From contig CAIIXF020000001.1 in NCBI GenBank assembly GCA_903813345.2, forward strand, positions 20,460,001 to 20,524,000: a DNA stretch of 64,000 nucleotides, in the 5' to 3' direction. Position numbers and translations under genes: made by a program. This document shows, piece after piece, positions 54,126-64,000 of this stretch (its first letter is position 1; every line of letters starts with the position of its first letter). Source of the DNA: Owenia fusiformis. Its lineage: Eukaryota. The notes below the pieces were generated by a model that was not told the origin of the DNA, ran no database searches, and saw only the letters and a program-made list of their open reading frames with translations.

Positions 54126-57100
54126 ATGCCATCTGGATCATCAGCCAAAAAGAAAAAATCGAAGAGGAAACATGCATCGCGGAGACCAGTGACATATGTC
54201 AAGTAAGTTCAAATTATTTATTTGTGTCTTGATTTCAGCATGGATCACAAATTATAAATCGATGGGGAGGTAGTCATATAAATCCGACCATCGTATGCTT
54301 TATTTGTCATTATTTTTTGATAATTTGGATATTTATTTTTTGTTATTTTCTTGCATACTAAGGTCGTACACACTTCCCGGTTGTAAATTGCAGGCCTGTC
54401 AACTTGGGGACACCTAACATGAGTGACTTGCAAATGTTGAACACCTTTGTTCAAATTTTGGACACCTTGGTCCAAATCTGAACATCTTGGCCACAATTTG
54501 AGCACCTTGTTTTCAATTTTATTGCATTTAATCAAATTTTGGACACCTCAATTTTTCGCGTTCGCTACGCTCGCGATATCGTCAACGGGGGGGGGGGGGG
54601 GGGTAGGTACGAAAATTTCCAATTAACATGCGTGACACATACGGGATTCGCGTGACAAATCCGAACAAATTGCGTTCGGTTTTTTCCCACGTTCGTATTT
54701 TTACCGTATCGTCAACATATTTTGAAAAATTTTCTACAGAAATATTTTTGCGTGACAATTACCAGGTAAAATGCATATTTGCGTGACATTTTCTGTCACG
54801 CAAAAAAAACTGGCGTGACTTCAAATTCTTCAGCAAATGCGTGACAAATACGCAAATTGCGGGACAGTTGACAGGCCTGAAATTGAGGGAAATGCTTTCC
54901 TGGCCTGTTTAGGCAACCAAAATCACACAAATTATGTATTAGAATATGCTCTTCATCGATAATGTATTTAATCCTACCTTACACACGTCAAACGCTTGAT
55001 AATTGAAGAAGTATAAGAATTTTTCTGGAAACAATTTTTTTCCCCATGTGTAGATGCATTCTGGGTAATGATTGTGTAAAAGTAAAACTCTAGGTGAAGC
55101 GAAAAAACGAAATTACAATAAATAACAGCAGCCATATTGAGATCGAGATTTCAACTCGAAAGTTTATCATCGTCTTATGACAATTGAATCGCCTTCTCAG
55201 ACACCAAGGAGGGTGAAGAAACCGAAAACAGATATGTTGGTAATAAATAATTACGATTTCGTTTTGGTTGCATGGTTTCACATTTAGACAGTATTCAGTG
55301 ACCTTGAGTGACCTTGAGAACCATATTGGAAATTGGTTCAAACATATACGAAAATGATTACATTTCTTCAATTATCAAGTATTTCCTGTGTTTAAGGTAA
55401 GAGTTAATACATTCTAGTTGAAGCATTGGATCCATTATCTTATCTGTGTAACTCTTGTTGAACATAGAGGGCAGAAAAGCATTTACCGCAATATACAGGG
55501 CTTAATATCCTCGACGCAAATGTTGAAAACAAAAATAAAAAACAAATATCCAAATCGTCAAAAAGAAACGTGAAACAACAACATTAAGTCGAGTTCACTT
55601 GACTAATGGGGAGGATACCATGGCACAAAAGCCCCCCCCCCCCAAACAAACAAAAAATTCTACCATCTTTGATTGAAAGTAGAAGCTGAAATCACAGCCC
55701 CATCTAGCTGCATACGCACCTGTATATCAGAGCCACAGTATTTTTGACAACTCTGATTGTGAAAAATAAGGAAATATCTGCCCTGTCCACAGTCAGCACT
55801 ATCAATGGTATATTCTAAAAATATAGGGAATATAATAGAGAAAAGTCCATAAGGCGTTTGTGACAAAATTTCCCGGAAGTGTTATATTTCCATTTATCGT
55901 TCAAACTGAGACATTTATGCTAATAATTCGACGTGTATATGATTCTTACATACCCAATACGATCAAAAATGTTACTAACATACCAAATGAAAGGTGATTT
56001 CCTGGTCAAACTTGCAAAAGTTGGTCCAAACTCGCACTTGAACCGAATATTTACCGGAAGTGTTTATATTTCCATTTGGGTGTCACTACGGTAAATCATT
56101 GAAAAATATTGAAAAATCACAAAATTCAGGTTCTGGGATACATATCGCCATTTTCGAACGAATTAGCCCATACAAGAACTATATTTCTGCGTTCCCCTAT
56201 ACATGACCTTCATCTTGACCATATATTTAACATAGGGTTTGCGTCTTGATTTTTAAATATCACTACGCCAACACAGGGACTCATTTTTAGGTAAAATCCC
56301 TGCTTCACCGATGAAAATTAACGAATAAAGTAGTTCAAGTTTACGGGACTATATTCTTGCGATTTTTTTCTAAAAATGGCACATTTAGAAAGTAATTGGC
56401 CTCAGCTTTACATACATACCTCAAATGGCCACATTGCATACACTTAAACCTACTATACACACCATTGAAGTTTCATGGCTTCGTTTTTAAAGTATTAAAA
56501 AACACTACCCGGAAGTGGTATTTACCGTAGTAACACCTTAATATCCAAAAATGGGAAAATTTTACTATGATAATTTTTGCTCATTCAGCATTTTTTCAAA
56601 CAATTGAGTTATTTCATGCTCAAAACAGCTGCATTTTCAAACTTTTAACACATTTTCTACAAAATCTAGTCATATTTGGGGAAATAGGTGAGGGCTGAGT
56701 CTCTAAAAACTGGCCAAAATGACCTAAACTTGGGTTATCAACTTCAGAGATCTCATGCAAAAAATTTAGACGCAAAATCCCCGAGATTATTTCATTTTGA
56801 AATCATACACAGAATGTACTGAAACGTATGTTGTTAAATGCAAATATTTTGAGTCAAATGTGGTCCCCATGTGCAAAATTTGCCCTTTTTCTCCCCCTTT
56901 ACGCCAGTTAGGCCCCAGTGTACTGTGACATCATACTCATACCATTGCTACAATGTAGCAATTTACAAATTAATCATGATTACTCTTCCTGTGATACACC
57001 TGTGGTAGTTAAACACTGTTTATTCCCCAGTGTGTTGATTGATTACATGCCAGCTTACTTAGTTACTTACTAAGTACGCAATAACCACCATCAAAGACCT

Positions 57101-60100
57101 GCCGGCACCTATTTATTTTCGGGTTGGTAATGGAATTTTACAAGGGCAATACGAGAAGAATTCAATTTTTCATTATTTAATGATAATTGCGGTAGATTTT
57201 ACGGTAGTTTGAACAAGAATACTGTTAATTCAAGCAGAAATATGGTAGATTTTCAAATATTTACGGTATATTTTACGGCCGTTCTTATAGAAAAAATCTA
57301 ATTATAATAAAATATTTTATGGTAGATTTTGGTAGAATTACAGTAGATTTTTTCGGTTGTTTTACAAGAAAAAACAGTAATTTTTTACGGTATTTATATT
57401 ATTTTTTATGGTAGATGCCGGTAAAAATACGGTAGGTTGGCAGGTATGAGTTACCATTGCAACCGTGGAAATGGGTAAAAATGAGAGCAAAAAACACCCA
57501 GACCCGCCATAATGGCACTAATTTTCAAAATATTTCGAGACATACACATTTTCTTAAACTTTGATATCGTCTAGAACACTTCTAGACAACAAAAATATCA
57601 AAAATGGGGGGAAGGCAGGGTCGGATCTGAGAACCAACAAGGAGGGGGGGGGGGCCAAATTTCAGGTCAGAAAAAAATTTGGGGCCCCTGAAACCAAAAA
57701 GTGGGCCCAAATTTTGAGGCCCATTTTCTTCAAAATTTGGCCTGAAATTAAAAAATAAGGCCTTAAAAGGCCCAGTTATGACCAAAAAGGCCCACTATTT
57801 GGGGCCTTAAGGCCTTTTTGGCCCAAAAAATTTTTGAGCCCAATTTTTTTTTCTGGGCCCACCCAAGGGGGGGGGGGGCGGGCCCCCAGCCCCCCCCTCC
57901 TAATCCGCCAGTGGAAGGTTTATCACTTCAATTATTTTCAAGCCTTGGTCAAAGTAAAACTACGAAAAAAGCACTCATTTTCACTTTAGAATCACCTATT
58001 ATCGCCCAAATGGCTATATGTTGTCAAGGTCGCCATGTTAAAAGTAGAATTAGAATGCTCTTCAGACAATGTTTGATAGCTTTCCTTTATCACGGAACAA
58101 AGACCTTTGCACTGGTATGCCCATTTCCATGAGATAATGCACGTGAAAGAGGAACAGTGTCTTTAAATGTCATCAAAACTTTTTCGCACTACTTTTGGTG
58201 TAATAATACCATCTGATTGATTGTTGGTGTAAACAACGAGTCGGGTTAATCTGCACGAGGTTCGGTTTTTCATTAAGGGAAGTACTTTATTCCCATGATT
58301 CAAAGTGCTTTTCTGCCATTGGTTCGGTTTAAGTTTGTACAACAAACGTCCACGAATCCAGGGCAGGTTGACATTATATCATTACATTTGTTTTGGGTGT
58401 ATAGTTTTTGTTTTGACAATAAACAAAAAAAATCCCGCAATATATGGTGCATCATGGGTAGGACACGCTGTGAAATATGAACGTAAGTGACATCTATGTC
58501 AAATTAAATGTTCCTACAAAGTTATTAATCGCGCATGCGTCATGATAACTTAAACCAATCATATTACTGGGTTTAATGCGCACGCGCCATAAACCGAATA
58601 CTTTCCCGGGATTCGGGCTTTAGGATACGAATTTACACTGACCGATTGCAAACGAGATTTAGCGAGATGAAGCGGTTGTGAAACCAAGATGGCAGAAAGT
58701 TTGTGAACTTCTAGTATTATTATATCTTACGGTAGAGTATACCATTGATAGTGCTGACTTTGGCCCTGTCAACCCACAGGAACCTGTATCAACACCTGAC
58801 AGTGACATTTATTGGTGACCAAACCCCGGAAATATCACTTTATCTTTTAAAAAGGAGCTCCTCGATCAGACGGAAAATCTACCAACCCATTTTTAAATTT
58901 TTGAATTTTTAAAAGTTACAAAATTGTTATTTTTCTTTGCCTGTGAGCCTTCATATTTTCCCCGTTTGTTAAAAACATATCAAAAGACTAAAATTTAGCA
59001 TAAAATTTGATTCACTGACGATTGATTATGATAATTTGATGACTATAGTTGGTCGACTTTTCGTATGACTCTATAACGGTTGTGGCTCAAAATTTTCAAA
59101 ATTTCATTACTCACCTTTCGTTCGTTTATCGCTAGTTTCGGCACAAACAACAATCTGACAATTGCAGAGATACTTCATCCACTTCTTTGGAATGTATTTG
59201 CAACTGAATTTCCATGTTTTACTTCATTTGAACCGTGCAATTTGCAATGTATCCATATCTGGTGCTAGATTTAAAAATATATTCAATTAAACGAAAACGA
59301 GGCTGACCCCGAGGACGACCTATTTGGTTCAGAAGAAAAAGTTAAGTCAAGTCACAAAAGTACTCAGATCTCAATATATTCATATTTTAAAATTCTAATT
59401 GATCGAGCTTTCTGATCGAGTTGTGTTTCAAGAAATAACTCATCATCCGGAGTGTGAAATATCCAATAGAAACTAGTGATATAGAGACGAAAACTGAGCA
59501 CTAAATTGAATTTTTTTGACGGGTAACTTCGACAGCCTCGTTTTCATTTATTTGAAAATATTTTTAAATTTACCCCCAGATACAAAAACATTGCAGATTT
59601 ATACCGTTCAACCGAAGTAAAACATGGAAATTCAGTCGCAAATACATTCCAAAGACGATCTCTGCAATTTTCAGATTGTTGTTTATGCCTAAAATAGCGA
59701 TAAACGAACGAAAGGTGAGGAATGAAATTTTGAAATGTTTGAGCCACAACCGTTATAGTGTCGTACGAAAAGTCGACCAACTTCAGTCATCAAATTATCA
59801 TAATCAATCGACAGTGAATTGAATTTTATGCTAAATTCTCGTCTTTGGATATGTTTTCAACAAACAGGAAAAACATGAAGGCTCACAGGCAATGAAAAAT
59901 AACAATATTGTAACTTTTAAAAAAGGGTTTGTGATTTTCCAGTGATTGTTACTCTCCTTGTACATGTTGTATAAGAGATTTATTCCCAGGGTTCTGTCAC
60001 CAATAGATGTCACTGTAACTGTCAGGTGTTGATACAGGTTCCTGTGTGTCAACCCTGGAGTCTGCGCATTATACCGAAACCGATTATACTGATGCGCATT

Positions 60101-63100
60101 ATACCGAAACCTATTATACCGACACGCATTGTACCGAAACCCATTATACCGACGCAGAAGGCGTTATACTGAATGCCATAATACCTGAGACCATCATAAA
60201 ATTATGTCTCAGATAATACCGACGCACATTGTAAAGTTTTCCTGCGTGTAACTATCTGCGTGTAACCTTAAGAGTCAATGCAAACGCAACTTAATTGATA
60301 AACAAATTAGCCATCGAACACATTTTTAAAGTTTGGAGTAAAATATGAGACAGCTTTTAAGTTTTATTATAATTGACGTCTGATTTAGAACAATCCTCGA
60401 AAATGGAAGCCAATTAAAAAAAGTTGCCGCCACAATTCTAACATTTATTCCGCGGTGTCTATAGCCTTTAATTCAAGGATCCAGAAAAACGGGATAAAAA
60501 TGTAAAAAAGAAAATACAGTGAAATGAATTGAAATTAAATGTAACGCATTGTGTAATAGATGATGAAATATTTTCACGTACTGACAACATTACATATATT
60601 TTTATGATTTGAAATACCTAGCCAATAGCCATTTAAACACTCAACGCACCATTGGGAAACTTATCTTGTCTTCTTTAATCTTCTTTCTAACAGAAGTGAA
60701 TCAACCATTACACATTGAACTTTATTAATAGATGATTAAACTTTTTTTGCTGACTGACAATATTACATATGATTTGAAATAGCGAGCCACCTGTACATCA
60801 AACCATTGGAAAGCTTATTTAGTGTTCTTTAATCTCATTCATAACAAAATCAAATCAAATGTTCAGGGACTGGGAAATTAAGTGTTACGCACAGAAGTTT
60901 AATAATAAATCACAAAATATCTTCGCAAGCTATCAGCATTAAGTACATCTTTTGTTTATTATATTGCTATTTGCTGGAAAAATCACGCATCAATGTTGCG
61001 TGTATGATAAAATGTCATGCACGTCACACATTATGTTGATATTTGAAAAAATCTGCTTTTTATAAAACGTCGATATAGTAAAAAAATGAACGCTAAAAAA
61101 AGCGAAAGCATTCCGTTTGGACTTTTTACTAGAATTACGTATATGTCACACATTTGGTTCAAAAAGTGTGTACAGTAATATTTTAAATGTTTGGAACTAC
61201 TTTTTTTGTATATGTCACATATTTGATTTGAAATTACATTGTTACTTACTTACTTTGTTACATTGTAAAACTCAGCCGAACGTGACACTGATGGCAGTAA
61301 TCTCAGGTAAGTAGATATAAAAAAATCTTACCGCTTGTCGAGTTAGAATTCAGTCTGTTACCAGGCCCCTAGCCAGGGGGGTTTGAGGGGTCTGGTCAGA
61401 TGGTCTGGTACTTGCATCCCTCAACATTGGCCACACCAATTAAGGTGCCAGGGTTTTTATTAAGAAATTTACACCAAACAGGAAATGGAAAAACATGTGA
61501 ATTTTTGATTTTTATGTCACCACCAACTGAAAAGTGGTGACATATTGTTATGGTCTCCATTTTTTTGACAACAGTTGGTGGTTTGCGATCGTTGTTTAGC
61601 GATCGGCATCTGTAACAAATTATTACAACTTCCAATAACTTAACTAATACTGTTTATGTTTAAGATTTGATCTTCAATGGCCTTGTCAATGTCTAAATAG
61701 GTCAAAAGGGTCTTTTTTCAACTTGCTTCAAATTGACCGATTTTTTTCCAGAATCATCTACAAGTTATCAGATGTTCAAATCTGAGATTTGACCTTCAAT
61801 TACCTTCTCATTCAATGTCACAAAAGGTCAAAAATGTATTTTTTCAACTTGCTTCAAATTGACCAATTTTTTTTTTAAATCATCTATAAAATCTCAAAAG
61901 TTCAAATCTGGCTATAGATTTGACTTCAATGACATTCTCAAGGTCAAAAAGGTATTTTTTTTTCATCTTGCTTCAAATTGACAAATTTTTTCAAAATCAT
62001 CTACAAGTTCTCAAAAGTTCAACTCTGGCTTAGATTTGAGATTTCACTTTCAATGACCTTCTCCAAATTGATCAATTTATTTTTTCAAAATCATCTACAA
62101 GTTTTCAGAAATTCAAAGCTAACTCATGATATCTAGGTGGTGACATTTTGTCATGTTAATGCCTTGTTTTTAACTGAGATAACATAGTTCCGCTTTGCAA
62201 GGTTGCCTTCGAATGGCTTCCTTATCTGATTGTTTGACGGTAAGTGATGACCTTTAGGCAGTTTTACAACTCCCATATATCATTAACATGACCAGATCAC
62301 ATTGGTCATTGGTCATGGTCATGGTCAGAATGACCCTTAACATGATGTACTAGCATTTTCAGCCCTCTGAAAATGTGACTGAAAAATTTGTTAAAAGATG
62401 GACTTTTGGAAAGGTCACCGCACAGAATCTTTTGAATTTTTCAAAAAATGAGCCCAACATGCAGTTGCTTAAAAAGATAGGAGCTTTGCAGCTTTGAATT
62501 TGTTCCTAGAAATAGAGAAAATGAAAAAAAACTGTTTTGAAAAGTGATCCATTTTCCTTTTTATGACCACATCTTTTTGTATCAGAATGATTTTTCAAAA
62601 TTTCAAAGCTCCTATCATTTGGAGCAAAAATCCAAATGTTTTGTTGAGAGACATTTCCGAAAGGCCAAAGGGTCACAAAGGCATGGTTAGATTTTGCATT
62701 TAACTGTTACCACCAGAAGTGCTGACATATTGTTATAGTCTCCAACTTTTGGTGGACGGTGTTCGCCAGTCAGCATTACATGTTAGGCAACTGTAACAAA
62801 TTACAAGGTGGCATTATTTTGTCATGTTAATGCCTTGTCATATGTATTGATTAAAGGATTAAACTAAACAATCACTTATAGTACTCTGAGATTTTAGTGA
62901 TCAATTCTTATGTAGCATTCAACAAAAATTTCTGAGTTTTGTTACCAGAATAAGAATAGCTGCTGCCCCGGCTCTGATCTAAGTTAAAACATTGATAGTC
63001 CCAACTCATCAGAGCCAGGGCAGCCCATCTAAGCTCCATCTGTCCTGTAGATCAAACTAATGGTATATGGTATTGTGTATTTCAGACAGAACAAGAAAGC

Positions 63101-63227
63101 TCATAGTGAAGTGATATCAACCTTACACAACTTGAACAAGGCAATTGAGTCTACCAAGGCAAATCCAAGTCTCACAAAGGCAGAGAAAGAAGCTCACATT
63201 AAAGAGCTACAGAAGGATGTTGAAGAG
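54126..63227 (+). CDS. Partial gene (first two coding exons; continues beyond window); possibly Bmt2-like rRNA adenine-N1 methyltransferase
   Basis: Exon 54126-54202 (MPSGSSAKKKKSKRKHASRRPVTYV, donor AA|gtaagt) joins in phase to exon 63086-63227 (KQNKKAHSEVISTLHNLNKAIES...IKELQKDVEE, ttcag acceptor, GAG|gtagtt donor). A basic N-terminus plus an I..(L/F)H.L.K helical hairpin recalls fungal Bmt2 N-termini. The product call is uncertain. Confidence 0.6.
54391..54879. mobile_element. CAGG-terminated MITE family with 6-bp TSD, copy 2
   Basis: TIR CAGGCCTGTCAACT; TSD AAATTG (54385-54390, 54880-54885). Confidence 0.85.
56079..56537. mobile_element. TIR MITE
   Basis: GGTGT(C/T)ACTACGGTAAAT termini; TTAA on the right flank. 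Confidence 0.55.
58775..60046. mobile_element. Long-TIR foldback element with 8-bp TSD (P- or hAT-like)
   Basis: TIR CACAGGAACCTGTATCAACACCTGACAGT; arms of about 500 bp; TSD TGTCAACC (58767-58774, 60047-60054). A solo terminus lies at 5814-5857. Confidence 0.85.
60064..60230. repeat. Short tandem CGCATTATACCGAAACC / TTATACCGAC repeats
   Basis: About 30-bp period visible at 60065, 60095 and 60125. Confidence 0.65.
61508..62170 (+). mobile_element. Helentron-associated-like element with about 120-bp degenerate tandem units
   Basis: TGTCACCACC / GGTGGTGACA subterminal IR; repeated TCAACTTGCTTCAAATTGAC..AATCATCTACAA. A deleted sister copy lies at about 62705-62838. Confidence 0.55.
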
Positions 63228-63369
63228 GTAGTTACTATTTTTACAAATGTATCAATTAACAATAAAACACCAGGGGATAGGAATTTTTTAACATACTTTT
63301 AAAATAATATTTTATAATGCAAGTCATCAAGACAATACACTACTGGAGCATGTTGGAATCTTCAGAAAC

Positions 63370-63990
63370 TTAAAGGAACATTCTTTGCTAGACTATTTCT
63401 CTCCTGATATGGTAGCTACAATCATATATATACTTTACATATTTAGCAAAACACGGGAAAATGTTTTCATATGGTCAATATTGATCATTTAAAAATGTAG
63501 TACTCATTCCCAGTAAGCTGCCATCTTTTCAGATTTCTTTCAGGAAGTGATGTCATCGACTCTCACCTGTCATAACCTTGTCTATTACAGTATAGGAAAG
63601 AAGTACAAAATCACTTCTAAACAAGAAGCCCTTATCTTCTGTGTAAAAATATTTTCAGGAGTTGTCAACTTAGAACTAAAGAAGAGATCATCAAAAGGAT
63701 TTTAATCATAGACCAAATTGAAAAAAAATATTCAGCTGGTTTATTAATTCTAATAGCTCCTTACCTAATGTTATATGCAAAGTTGAGAGTCGATGACATC
63801 ACTTCCTGAGTAAAATTTTAAAAGATGGCAGCTTACTGGAATTGAGCACTACATTTTTAGTGATCAATATTGACCATTTCAAAACATTTTCCTGTTTTTT
63901 GATAAACTTGCAAAGTATGTATTATACAAATAGTGACTGCCATTGAGGACAATAGTGTAAATTATTTCCCCGAGGGAATATCCTCTACAA
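63370..63990. mobile_element. Palindromic MITE
   Basis: 63430-63570 is inverted-complementary to 63780-63925; the left end is TTAAAGGAACATTC. Confidence 0.7.
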
Positions 63991-64000
63991 TGTACTATTG

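Overview
AT-rich, intron-rich animal genomic DNA, probably from a marine invertebrate (species not identifiable from the sequence). Four spliced genes were reconstructed by hand. (1) ALG3 on +, 9 exons, 5559-36412. It has a 23-kb third intron, a U12-type intron 7 and an apparent 2-bp frameshift in the last exon. (2) A complete antisense gene nested in ALG3 intron 3 (12563-18340, -, 6 coding exons, about 315 aa). It encodes a CD20/MS4A-like four-TM protein with a QPQYG repeat tail and two PPxY motifs. (3) Trifunctional GART on -, 18 coding exons, about 1015 aa. An in-frame stop lies in the splice donor at the GARS/AIRS boundary. (4) The first two coding exons of a divergent + gene, possibly Bmt2-like. 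The rest is a dense set of non-autonomous DNA transposons with readable TIRs and TSDs, many nested inside one another, plus a young 5'-truncated LINE inserted into an older LINE remnant. Most short ORFs in the ORF track are spurious or exon read-through. Superfamily assignments rest on termini and TSD length only; no database search was possible. I cannot demonstrate a wholly new system. The best candidates are the nested MS4A-like/PPxY gene and the Bmt2-like gene.
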